Translations under genes and position numbers: made by a program
Shown here: piece by piece, positions 10,851 through 19,820 of the stretch
Layout of the letters: each line of letters opens with the position of its first letter
How positions within the stretch are numbered: the stretch's first letter is position 1
Notes under the pieces: model-generated
Told to the model about the DNA's origin: nothing
Database searches by the model: none
The model's input: the letters and a program-made list of their open reading frames with translations, nothing else
NCBI GenBank assembly: GCA_037071015.1
Contig: JBAMOY010000001.1
Coordinates: 192,117 to 256,116, forward strand
Length of the DNA: 64,000 bases
From: Bacilli bacterium
GTDB taxonomy: Bacteria > Bacillota_I > Bacilli_A > RF39 > UBA660
Direction: 5' to 3'

Positions 10851-10872
10851 GATATTATATCTTATTTATTTT
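10850..10872 (+). terminator. Terminator-like palindrome plus T-run after miaA
   Basis: AGATATtATATCT palindrome followed by TATTTATTTTTT. Confidence 0.35.
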
Positions 10873-10976
10873 TTATAAATATTAGCAAATTTACCAAAAT
10901 TTACCAATTAATCATTAATTTATTGTGATAAATATGATACAATTAATATAGTTACAGTTTGCACGGAGTGGTAAAG

Positions 10977-12278
10977 ATGCCAAAAATATTTTTAGATAAA
11001 GATGTATATAGTGCCACTGATGAGCGCTTAGATTATATTTTTACACATTTTGATAATTACTTATTTTCTATTAGTGGTGGAAAAGATAGTAGTGTTATGT
11101 TGCAATTAGCGGCTAGAAAAGCAAGACAAGTAAACAAAAAAATTAGTGTTTTATATATTGACTTTGAAGCTCAATATAAAGCTACAATTAATCATCTAAC
11201 TGATTTAATAGAGGAAATATCTGATGTTTTAGATAATTGGTATTGGATAGCTTTACCTATATCATTACGCAACGCTGTATCAGTTATCCAACCAAAATGG
11301 ATTTGTTGGGATAAAGACGAACGCAAAAAATGGGTTAGAGAGATGCCAGATAATAAGTATGTTATAAACGAAAAAAACATTCCTAAAGATTGGACATGGT
11401 TTTATAAAGGAATGGAATTCGAAGAGTTTATTTTGTATTTTTCTGATTGGTTTAATATGAAAAATGGTGGCTTAACCGCCTGTGGTATTGGTATTAGAAG
11501 CAATGAAAGTTTAAATCGTTTAGGAACTATTATCAATCCACGGAAGAAAAAATTTAATAATAAGAGTTGGACAACGAAAGTTTATTTAAAGCGCAAAGAG
11601 ACAAATGTTTATAATGTTTTTCCCATTTATGATTGGACAACTGAAGACGATTGGACAGCCATTTTTAAATACGATTTAAAGTATAATTATATTTATGAAC
11701 AATTATATAAAAATGGTGTTCCTTTGAGTGAACAACGATTATGTCAACCTTATGGTGACGATCAACGTAAAAGTTTAGATCAATTTAAAGTTTTAGAATA
11801 TGAGACTTGGGAAAAAGTTGTTAATCGTGTACATGGTGTTAATTTTGGAAATATTTATTGCCGAACGGGACTTTTAGGTCATATCAAAACCGAAAAACCT
11901 GATAATATGACTTGGCAGCAGTATTCTGTATTTTTGCTTGAAAGTCTAGGTCTTTATGCACCAGAATTACGAGATCATTATTATCGTAAGATAAAAATGT
12001 TTTTAAATTGGTATGAAAAAAAATATGGTATTACATATAAAGACATTAAAGATGAAGAACCAAAAAAATTAGAAAATTTAAAAAAAGTTGCTAGTTGGCG
12101 AAGAATTGCTCGTGCGATTGAACATAATGATTTTTGGATGAAACGATTGAGTTATGGTCAAAATAAAAAGGATGTCAAAATCTTATTAGAATTAAAAAAA
12201 AAGTACGACAATTTAGTTGGTAATGAATTAGACGATGAAAACTTAAAAGAGATATCGAGAATTATAAGTGGAGGTTAA
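10977..12278 (+). CDS. PAPS-reductase-like PP-loop ATP-pyrophosphatase with a long C-terminal extension (IbrA-like)
   Basis: PP-loop SISGGKDSSV near the N-terminus, with about 250 aa of C-terminal extension as in the DUF3440 portion of IbrA. ATG 10977 has a GGAGTGG ribosome-binding site; the ORF track uses the upstream TTG 10959. Confidence 0.7.
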   Translation: MPKIFLDKDVYSATDERLDYIFTHFDNYLFSISGGKDSSVMLQLAARKARQVNKKISVLYIDFEAQYKATINHLTDLIEEISDVLDNWYWIALPISLRNAVSVIQPKWICWDKDERKKWVREMPDNKYVINEKNIPKDWTWFYKGMEFEEFILYFSDWFNMKNGGLTACGIGIRSNESLNRLGTIINPRKKKFNNKSWTTKVYLKRKETNVYNVFPIYDWTTEDDWTAIFKYDLKYNYIYEQLYKNGVPLSEQRLCQPYGDDQRKSLDQFKVLEYETWEKVVNRVHGVNFGNIYCRTGLLGHIKTEKPDNMTWQQYSVFLLESLGLYAPELRDHYYRKIKMFLNWYEKKYGITYKDIKDEEPKKLENLKKVASWRRIARAIEHNDFWMKRLSYGQNKKDVKILLELKKKYDNLVGNELDDENLKEISRIISGG

Positions 12279-12283
12279 GTGAG

Positions 12284-12715
12284 ATGTACGAAGTAAAAGA
12301 GTATATGGGAAATTATAATAAGGAACAATTTTATGCAATTATGGGTCGCTTTTTTGCCGAACGTGTTTATCGTAAGAAACTGCCATATCTATGCAATGAA
12401 CGTGATAAAATATGGTATTTATTTTATCGTGCCAAAGATTTGGTTGGTTTTTGTGCAATCAAACCTTTAGAAAATTATACTTTAATATCTGATATATATG
12501 TTTTAGATCAGTTTAAAGATGCTAATGTTTTCGAGTTCATGGCGAAATATATTACTAATCATTATGCCAAAAATGATTTACAAATATTAACTAATTCTGA
12601 TCGTGAAAAAGACATTTGGGAATTTTTAGATTTTAAGGTTGTTAATCGTCGAGGGACTTATATGATTTGTAGAAGGGAAAAAGTTGATGAAAGAAATCAA
12701 GTTTCCAGTTCTTAA
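12284..12715 (+). CDS. Small alpha/beta protein with a possible degenerate GNAT-like fold, nested in the IbrA/IbrB-like operon
   Basis: 143 aa. A GGAGG ribosome-binding site precedes it. It starts 6 nt after the upstream stop and overlaps the downstream gene by about 30 nt. It has a beta-strand/hydrophobic pattern (LVGFCAI ... DIYVL) but no clear acetyl-CoA P-loop. Confidence 0.3.
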   Translation: MYEVKEYMGNYNKEQFYAIMGRFFAERVYRKKLPYLCNERDKIWYLFYRAKDLVGFCAIKPLENYTLISDIYVLDQFKDANVFEFMAKYITNHYAKNDLQILTNSDREKDIWEFLDFKVVNRRGTYMICRREKVDERNQVSSS

Positions 12716-13220
12716 CGTTAAGATGGTTCCGATTGATAAAGTTGTAGCAAATGATTACAATCCTAATAAAGTAGCACCACCGGAAATGAAGTTATTGAAA
12801 CATTCGATTGAACATGATGGATATACACAGCCGATTGTAACTTATTACGATAAAAAGAAAGATATTTATATTATCGTCGATGGCTTTCATCGCTATCGTT
12901 GCGCCAAAGAATATTTTAAATTAAAAGAAATTCCTATTGTTGAAATAAATAAGGATATTAAAAATCGTATGGCTTCGACGATTAGGCATAATCGTGCTAG
13001 GGGTTCACACCAGATTAAAGATATGAGCACTATTGTACGAAATCTTGTCGAAAGAGGTTGGTCAGATGAGAAAATTTGTCAAGAATTAGGAATGGAAATA
13101 GATGAAGTTATTCGGCTAAAGCAGATAACAGGATTAAAAGAAGCTTTTCAAAACCATGAATTTAGTAAATCATGGGAAGAATTTGAAAAAAAGTATTATT
13201 CTGACGTATCAGTACATTAA
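12687..13220 (+). CDS. ParB/Srx-fold nuclease-domain protein (IbrB-like)
   Basis: ParB N-terminal domain motifs: the start of the protein (IKFPVLNVKMVPIDKVVANDYNPN), VDGFHRYRCAK (the DGxHR box) and an Arg-rich RHNRARG box. 178 aa. Confidence 0.65.
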   Translation: MKEIKFPVLNVKMVPIDKVVANDYNPNKVAPPEMKLLKHSIEHDGYTQPIVTYYDKKKDIYIIVDGFHRYRCAKEYFKLKEIPIVEINKDIKNRMASTIRHNRARGSHQIKDMSTIVRNLVERGWSDEKICQELGMEIDEVIRLKQITGLKEAFQNHEFSKSWEEFEKKYYSDVSVH

Positions 13221-13249
13221 AAGAAGATATTAGTTTTTAATATCTTCTT
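13221..13249. terminator. Bidirectional terminator between the IbrB-like gene and rnj
   Basis: AAGAAGATATT-agttttt-AATATCTTCTT hairpin flanked by A/T runs on both sides. It overlaps the last codons of rnj. Confidence 0.5.
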
Positions 13250-14927
13250 TTTGTTGATTCTTTTTTATATCCATAATTACAGGCAAAATAATTGGTTTTC
13301 TACCTGTCTTATCATATATAAAACTACTTAAATCATTAATAATCTCAGCTTTAATATCAGTATAATTAATATTTTTTGTTATTTTATTTAGAATAGATTT
13401 TTTACTGATTTGTTCTAACTCTTTTAATAATTGTTCGTTTTCATTGACTGTAATAAAGCCTCTAGTCGTAATATTAGGATTATTAAGCAATTGATGTTTA
13501 ACTGTATCAATATTGGCTATAACGATAACTATTCCATCATTAGCCATAATATTTCTATCCTTAATAACTGCATTTCTGATATCACCAATTCGGTTACCAT
13601 CGACATAAACATCACCGGCTGGAACTGTGCCAGCTTTAGTTATTTTACCTTTATACATAGATAACACATCACCGTTATTTAATACAAATGTATTTTGTTT
13701 TGGAATGTCACATAGAGTTGCAATTTCTGCGTGACGTTTAAGCATTCGATACTCACCATGAAATGGCATGAAATATTTGGGCTTTATTAATCTTAACATC
13801 AATTTTAATTCCTCTTCATTGCCGTGACCAGAAGTATGAATATCACTAAGTGAAGTATTCGTATAAACTGAAACGCCTTTAAGATATAATTTATTAATAG
13901 TTCTAGATATACTAATAGCGTTACCTGGAATAGCTGATGAAGAAAATATAACGGTATCATCTGGTTGTAACTTAATTTGTTTATGACTGCCATTAGCAAT
14001 CCTACTTAGTGCTGCTAATGGCTCACCTTGAGATCCCGTACAAAGTAAGCAAACTTGTTCAGGAGGTAAATGATTAGCCTCATCTGGTGTGATAAATATT
14101 TCTTTATTTTTTATATATCCACCTTGAATTGATATCTCAATATTATTGTCCATACTACGACCGAAAACAGCAATTTTTCTTCCGTTTCTTTTACAAGTGT
14201 CTACGATATGTTTTAGCCTGTATATGTTAGAAGCAAAAGTTGCGATTATAATTCTACCTGTATTTTTGTCAAATATTTCACCTAACGCTTCGTCGACTTT
14301 TGATTCGCTAGCACTCATACCATCATTTAGGGCATTAGTACTATCACTAAGTAATAAGGTAACACCTTGTGCTCCAATTTTGGCCATTTTGTGTAAATTA
14401 GCCATTGGTCCAATCGGTGTCAAGTCAAATTTAAAATCTCCCGTTGTTACGATAGTTCCATTAGGTGTGTGAACACAAATACCATGTGAGTCAGGAATAG
14501 AGTGAGTTGTCATAAAAAACTCTACTTCCATATTTTTAAATTTAACTCTAGTCTTTTCCGTATAAGCAAATAAATTTTTATATTGAATATTGCGATCCTC
14601 AAATTTCTTTTTAATTAATCCGATAGCTTGATTAGGGGCATATATTGCCGGAATATTAATATTTTGTACTAAAAAAGGAATGCCACCAATATGATCCTCA
14701 TGACCGTGGGTTATAAATAATGCTTTGATTTTTTTCTCATTTTTTTTCAAAAAGGTAAAATCAGGGATAACATAATCTACTCCCATTAGTTCTCCTTCTG
14801 GGAATGTGATACCAGCATCCGTAATAATGAGTTCATTATCATGCATTATACAGTACATATTTTTTCCAACTTCATTTAACCCACCTAGAGCAAAAATTTT
14901 AGTATCGCCGTTGTTAAAAAATTTCAT
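13230..14927 (-). CDS. rnj: Ribonuclease J (metallo-beta-lactamase/beta-CASP RNase)
   Basis: The THGHEDHIGG motif, a beta-CASP domain and a C-terminal dimerisation domain. 565 aa, the typical RNase J1 length. Confidence 0.9.
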   Translation of the reverse strand: MKFFNNGDTKIFALGGLNEVGKNMYCIMHDNELIITDAGITFPEGELMGVDYVIPDFTFLKKNEKKIKALFITHGHEDHIGGIPFLVQNINIPAIYAPNQAIGLIKKKFEDRNIQYKNLFAYTEKTRVKFKNMEVEFFMTTHSIPDSHGICVHTPNGTIVTTGDFKFDLTPIGPMANLHKMAKIGAQGVTLLLSDSTNALNDGMSASESKVDEALGEIFDKNTGRIIIATFASNIYRLKHIVDTCKRNGRKIAVFGRSMDNNIEISIQGGYIKNKEIFITPDEANHLPPEQVCLLCTGSQGEPLAALSRIANGSHKQIKLQPDDTVIFSSSAIPGNAISISRTINKLYLKGVSVYTNTSLSDIHTSGHGNEEELKLMLRLIKPKYFMPFHGEYRMLKRHAEIATLCDIPKQNTFVLNNGDVLSMYKGKITKAGTVPAGDVYVDGNRIGDIRNAVIKDRNIMANDGIVIVIANIDTVKHQLLNNPNITTRGFITVNENEQLLKELEQISKKSILNKITKNINYTDIKAEIINDLSSFIYDKTGRKPIILPVIMDIKKNQQKEDIKN

Positions 14928-15132
14928 AACTTCTCCTTTCTTTATTAGTTAAGTAAATTTAACTATATAATTATATCTTTTTTTACGCTATTTGTCTAGG
15001 ATTGTTTAAATATTAATATAACGAATATCATTATTGACAGCACATTTAATTTATGTTTTAATATATAATTATCAAGTCAATTATTTTTATTTATCTATAA
15101 ATATAAATAAAAATAAAGAGGGTGAATTTATA

Positions 15133-16335
15133 ATGATGAGTGATAATTTAGACCTGTTTAAGCTTTATTTACAAGATGATAATACGAATGTATCTGACTT
15201 TTTTAAAAGTAATGGTAAGTATGATATTATTGACAGTATCATTAATAATGAACTTAATCAAATTAAAGCGATGATCGGTCAAGAGTTAAATGAGAAAAAA
15301 ACAGAAGCAATAGATTCAGAATTTTTTGAATCTTTAAAAAAATATTTTATTGTTAAAGGTAAAGAACTATCGGGAGAAGAATTAAAAAATTTATCTTATT
15401 TTTACTTTGCTATATATAATAATACGGTAGATAATTATTATAAAATTAAAGCAACATCAGATTCTATTTTCTATTTTATGTTAGATGAAAAGGTGTGTAA
15501 TAGTATTAATAATATTGAATTAGATATCAGTAAATTAAATCTTAAAAGTAAAAATTTGTTACAGATTGCCTATGATCATGATGTTTTTGAATTGGTTTTA
15601 GAAATGTTTAAATTAAATCCGGAATTTGGTCGAGAATTTACTGATTTGAAAGAGAAAATTGTAGCGTTACCAGGTTTTAAGACTGTTATTGATAATTTTG
15701 GCGTTAAATTTATGGCTGAATGTAAAAATTATAAGTTGATTTATAAAGCTCTTAATAACAATCAAATAGATGATTTAAAAAAATTATTATCACTCAACCC
15801 AAATTTAGATTTGTCTTATAATGTTATATTAGATACGCAAGTAAGGGATATTATTCCAGATGAGCAATTGGCTAAGTTTAGTGCCGGGCAGCTAATTAAC
15901 CTTCAACAAATGATATATATTGAGTCGTCTTTATTTCCGTACATTAGACTTTCATCATCTCAAAGATTCGAATTGCGTAAAAGTATTTTAAATGATTATG
16001 TCGAAATTATGAATATAAATCCTGATTTTATCTTGTATGACAATAATTATTTATTAATGGGTTTGATTATTGTTAGCGATTTGCCTTGCCCCTTGAATGT
16101 CTTGGCATTCTTAGATAAAGAAGCGCAGACTGAAATGTATAATATGTATGCTGAGTATCAATACTGTCGTTATAATTGTTATGAACCGGTCATATCATCT
16201 GTAAAAAAGTTAAACTGTAAAAGAAAGCTTCGGCGTTTGATAGATAGAGAAACAAAAAAAATTAATACTGCATTAACAATAGGTGATGTGGCGGAGATTG
16301 AAGATGGTAAACCTAAACTATATATGAAAAAATAA
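15133..16335 (+). CDS. Hypothetical protein (about 400 aa)
   Basis: Long ORF with an AAAGAGGGTG ribosome-binding site before ATG 15133. The ORF track extends it to 15034. No recognisable catalytic motif. Confidence 0.4.
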   Translation: MMSDNLDLFKLYLQDDNTNVSDFFKSNGKYDIIDSIINNELNQIKAMIGQELNEKKTEAIDSEFFESLKKYFIVKGKELSGEELKNLSYFYFAIYNNTVDNYYKIKATSDSIFYFMLDEKVCNSINNIELDISKLNLKSKNLLQIAYDHDVFELVLEMFKLNPEFGREFTDLKEKIVALPGFKTVIDNFGVKFMAECKNYKLIYKALNNNQIDDLKKLLSLNPNLDLSYNVILDTQVRDIIPDEQLAKFSAGQLINLQQMIYIESSLFPYIRLSSSQRFELRKSILNDYVEIMNINPDFILYDNNYLLMGLIIVSDLPCPLNVLAFLDKEAQTEMYNMYAEYQYCRYNCYEPVISSVKKLNCKRKLRRLIDRETKKINTALTIGDVAEIEDGKPKLYMKK

Positions 16336-16341
16336 TGAATA

Positions 16342-16378
16342 AAAGGGAAATGTTTATGCATTTTCCTTTTATTTTTTG
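16342..16378 (+). terminator. Terminator-like hairpin plus T-run after the hypothetical gene
   Basis: AAAGGGAAA...TTTCCTTTT stem followed by ATTTTTTG. Confidence 0.4.
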
Positions 16379-16420
16379 TTTATATAGTGTAAAATATAAT
16401 TATAATTAGGATGGTGACTT

Positions 16421-17422
16421 ATGGGAATATTTGATCGTTTTAAAAATATTTTAACGAATAAAAATAGCGAAGTAACTAAAGATGTGTCATTGTATGATAA
16501 AGGTTTAGAAAAAACCAGAAATGAATTCACATCTAAATTATCACTTTTAAATTCTAAATATAAAAGAATAACGCAAGATTATTTTGATGAGTTAGAAGAA
16601 TTGTTAATTATGGCGGACATAGGTGTCAATACTGTTATGGATTTTGTCGACAAGTTAAAAAAAAGAGTTAAAAAGGAAAACATTGTTGACGCTAGTGATT
16701 TAAATGAAATTATTGTTGATGAAATGTTTATCATCTATGTCAATAACGAAGTAATTGTCAATAAGATAAATTATAGTCAAAATGGGCCAACTATATTATT
16801 ATTTGTTGGTGTTAATGGTGTTGGTAAAACCACAACCATTGGTAAAATGGCTTATCGGATGAAGAATGAAGGTCGCAAGGTTTTATTAATAGCCGGGGAT
16901 ACTTTTCGTGCCGGCGCTGTTGAACAATTAATTGAATGGTCTCATCGTATTGGTGTTGATTATGTTGCTAAAGAAGAAGCTGATCCGGCGAGTGTTGTTT
17001 TTGATGGTTTAAGTAAAGCCCAAAATGAACATTACGATGTTGTATTGATTGATACAGCTGGTCGTTTACAAAATAAAGTTAATTTAATGAATGAGTTAGA
17101 TAAAATAAATCGTGTTATTGGTAACATTGTTCCTGGAGCGCCTCATGAAACATTATTAGTTTTAGATGCTACAACTGGGCAGAATGGAATAAGTCAAGCT
17201 AAAAGTTTTAAAGAGATTACTAATATTACGGGTATTGTTTTAACTAAATTGGATGGTACTGCTAAAGGTGGTATTGTTTTAGCTATTAAGGATAGCGTCG
17301 GTATTCCGGTTAAATTTATTGGTCTGGGAGAACAAGCTGATGATTTAAGAACTTTCGATATTGAAAAATATATTTATGGTTTATTTAAAACAATGATAGG
17401 TGGTGAAGATAGTGAAAAATAA
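16421..17422 (+). CDS. ftsY: Signal recognition particle receptor FtsY
   Basis: SRP-GTPase NG domain: GVNGVGKTTTIGK (G1), DTAGR (G3) and TKLDGTAKGG (G4/G5). 333 aa. Confidence 0.9.
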   Translation: MGIFDRFKNILTNKNSEVTKDVSLYDKGLEKTRNEFTSKLSLLNSKYKRITQDYFDELEELLIMADIGVNTVMDFVDKLKKRVKKENIVDASDLNEIIVDEMFIIYVNNEVIVNKINYSQNGPTILLFVGVNGVGKTTTIGKMAYRMKNEGRKVLLIAGDTFRAGAVEQLIEWSHRIGVDYVAKEEADPASVVFDGLSKAQNEHYDVVLIDTAGRLQNKVNLMNELDKINRVIGNIVPGAPHETLLVLDATTGQNGISQAKSFKEITNITGIVLTKLDGTAKGGIVLAIKDSVGIPVKFIGLGEQADDLRTFDIEKYIYGLFKTMIGGEDSEK

Positions 17423-17696
17423 AGTTTCGAAACCGAAAGCGCCAAAAGTTAAATCCAATAATGTATGGCAAGAAGTTGGATTGTTGGCTCAGTTAATTTT
17501 TTCTTTTTCAGTTTTATTTTTTGGCGGAGTGTGTTTGTTTAATGCTGATTTTTTAATTCCCGTTGAAAAGTTATTAGCTTTAACACTTTTAACAATGGCT
17601 TATAATAATCATGTCACGTTTAAAAGAAAAGCTATGACAGTGGTTTATACTATTATTGGTTTAGCTATTTTAATTATTGCGTGTATGGGGTGGTAA
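17400..17696 (+). CDS. Small membrane protein (2 TM helices); the alternative GTG start is uncertain
   Basis: ORF overlapping the ftsY stop, with two hydrophobic helices. Confidence 0.3.
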   Translation: MVKIVKNKVSKPKAPKVKSNNVWQEVGLLAQLIFSFSVLFFGGVCLFNADFLIPVEKLLALTLLTMAYNNHVTFKRKAMTVVYTIIGLAILIIACMGW

Positions 17697-17699
17697 CCT

Positions 17700-17993
17700 G
17701 TGGAAGAAAGATTATATCTAATTAATCTATATGATTATTATGGTGAATTACTTACTGATAAGCAAAGAGATTACTTTGAGGAATATTACTTTAATAATTT
17801 AAGTTTGGCGGAAATAAGTGAAAATTATGATATTAGTCGCAATGCAATTCATAAGCAATTAAAAGATGTCGAAGGTAAGTTATTACATTATGAAAGCATT
17901 TTATCTTTATATCATAAAAAACAAAAAATTGAATTGTTATTAAACACAATTGATGATGTCAATTTGAAAGAAAAAATAAAAGAATTAATATAA
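17700..17993 (+). CDS. ylxM: UPF0122 family putative helix-turn-helix protein YlxM
   Basis: About 100 aa with a sigma-70 region-4-like HTH (LSLAEISENYDISRNAIH). It sits in the canonical position downstream of ftsY. Confidence 0.75.
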   Translation: MEERLYLINLYDYYGELLTDKQRDYFEEYYFNNLSLAEISENYDISRNAIHKQLKDVEGKLLHYESILSLYHKKQKIELLLNTIDDVNLKEKIKELI

Positions 17994-18010
17994 AAGAGGG
18001 GAGAATTAAA

Positions 18011-19762
18011 ATGATAGGAAATATAGTATATTTAAATAATAATTTAGCTCATATTAAAATTAATACGGGGACACCTATATCCTCAAATTTAATGAATTTA
18101 CATATAATATTTGAAGATGATCAGAAAAAAATATTAGGTGAGATAGAAGACATTGATCCAGAGATTATTAAGGTTCGCTTTTTAGGTGAAATCGTTGATA
18201 ATAAATTTTATAGTGGGGTCATTCGCAAACCTAATTTATCAGCTAATGTTCGTATCATTACCAAGGAAGAATTTGCGATGATTGTTGGTGACAATACATT
18301 AGGAACGATGGAAGTTGGAGTAAGCCCGCTATATGATGGGTGTCCAATTAGACTAAATATTAACGATTTATTTAGTAATCATATGGCAATCTTTGGTAAT
18401 ACTGGTAGTGGTAAATCTTGGGGAGTAGCTCGCCTTTTGCAAAGCGTTTTTACAAGTAGTAATATTGTGCCATTCCGTTCTAATTTTTTTATCTTTGATG
18501 CCTATGGTGAATACCATACTGCTTTTCAAGAAATAAATAAAGTTAATCCTAATTTAAATTTTAAGTATTATACGACTGACTTTGATGATCCGACTGGTGA
18601 AAAATTAATTTTACCTTTATGGTTATTTAATGTCGATGATTTAGCATTATTACTAGGGGCTACCGATCATGCCCAATTACCAATTATCGAAAAGTTATTA
18701 CGTATGGTTAGAGTGTTTGCAGAATCTGATGCGCAGGCCAATGCTTATAAAAACCACTTAATTGCTAAAGCTATTATTTCAGTTATGTTTACCAACCAGA
18801 CAGCAAATAGTAAGCGTAATGATATATTTGCCATTTTAGAAAGTTGTAGCACTCCTGAATTAAATATTGAAGCTTCGGTCCAAGGTATTGGTTATACCAG
18901 AAAATTACGAGAGTGCTACGAAGTAGATAATAAAGGTGAATTTGCTGAAAATGTACTGATTACTAATTATGTTTCTAGTTTCTTGAATGAAGAGTTGGAA
19001 AATTATGAACCTCCTGTCAATAATGTATATAATTTATCGGATTTAGAAAAGGCTCTTAATTTTACTTTGATATCTGAAGGATTACTTCATAATCAAACTG
19101 CTTATGATAATGCTATATCTTTAAAAGTAAAATTGCATTCATTAGTTATTGGACCATTTGCTAAACATTTTAATTATCCTAACTATGTGACTATTGAAAA
19201 TTTTGTGGCTTCATTAGTTAGTTTGAATGGTAAGAAAGCACAGATTGTCAATTTCAATTTGGAAGATATTGATGATTCTTTAGCAAAAGTTATGGTTAAA
19301 GTTTATGCTCGATTATTATTTGATTTCTGTAAGAAATTACCTCAACGAGCATCAATACCTTTTAATATTTTCTTAGAGGAAGCTCACCGATATGTTCAAA
19401 ACGATAATGATACTTTCTTAATTGGTTATAATATCTTTGAAAGGATAGCCAAAGAGGGAAGAAAATATGGAATATTGTTTAATTTAATATCACAAAGACC
19501 TGTGGATATCTCCGAAACTGTTATATCACAATGTTCTAATTTTATTATTTTTAAAATGAATCACCCTCGTGATGTCGAATATATGCGTCAGATGTTACCC
19601 AATATTAGTAATGAGATAGTTGAAAAAGCTAAATCATTACAGTCTGGTACCTGTGTCGGTTTTGGTAAAGCTTTTAAAATTCCTATGATTTTAAAAATGC
19701 ATGCACCTAATCCTGTACCATCATCAAGTAGTTGTGATGTTTTTGAAATTTGGAAAGCCTAG
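18011..19762 (+). CDS. HerA/FtsK-superfamily P-loop ATPase (DUF87-like)
   Basis: Walker A AIFGNTGSGKSW. Walker B plus catalytic Glu in NIFLEEAHRY. A distal LISQRP sensor. An N-terminal beta-barrel-like segment. 583 aa. Confidence 0.7.
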   Translation: MIGNIVYLNNNLAHIKINTGTPISSNLMNLHIIFEDDQKKILGEIEDIDPEIIKVRFLGEIVDNKFYSGVIRKPNLSANVRIITKEEFAMIVGDNTLGTMEVGVSPLYDGCPIRLNINDLFSNHMAIFGNTGSGKSWGVARLLQSVFTSSNIVPFRSNFFIFDAYGEYHTAFQEINKVNPNLNFKYYTTDFDDPTGEKLILPLWLFNVDDLALLLGATDHAQLPIIEKLLRMVRVFAESDAQANAYKNHLIAKAIISVMFTNQTANSKRNDIFAILESCSTPELNIEASVQGIGYTRKLRECYEVDNKGEFAENVLITNYVSSFLNEELENYEPPVNNVYNLSDLEKALNFTLISEGLLHNQTAYDNAISLKVKLHSLVIGPFAKHFNYPNYVTIENFVASLVSLNGKKAQIVNFNLEDIDDSLAKVMVKVYARLLFDFCKKLPQRASIPFNIFLEEAHRYVQNDNDTFLIGYNIFERIAKEGRKYGILFNLISQRPVDISETVISQCSNFIIFKMNHPRDVEYMRQMLPNISNEIVEKAKSLQSGTCVGFGKAFKIPMILKMHAPNPVPSSSSCDVFEIWKA

Positions 19763-19791
19763 TTGACATTTTTTAGACAAAGTAATATAAT
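19763..19791 (+). promoter_or_regulatory. Perfect consensus sigma-A promoter TTGACA-17-TATAAT
   Basis: TTGACA at 19763-19768, exactly 17 nt, then TATAAT at 19786-19791. It starts 1 nt after the ATPase stop codon. Confidence 0.6.
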
Positions 19792-19820
19792 TAATCTCAC
19801 TTATTAAAAAGGAGATTATT

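Noticed and set aside
10959-10976. TTG 10959 (the ORF-track start) as the IbrA-like start codon.
   Set aside because: ATG 10977 is 6 nt downstream of a GGAGTGG Shine-Dalgarno sequence. The TTG start has no ribosome-binding site. I prefer ATG.
18011-19762. Interpreting the HerA/FtsK-like ATPase as a conjugative VirB4/VirD4/TraG coupling ATPase.
   Set aside because: No relaxase, no other type IV secretion components and no oriT-like repeats are nearby. The size and motif spacing fit DUF87/HerA better than VirB4.
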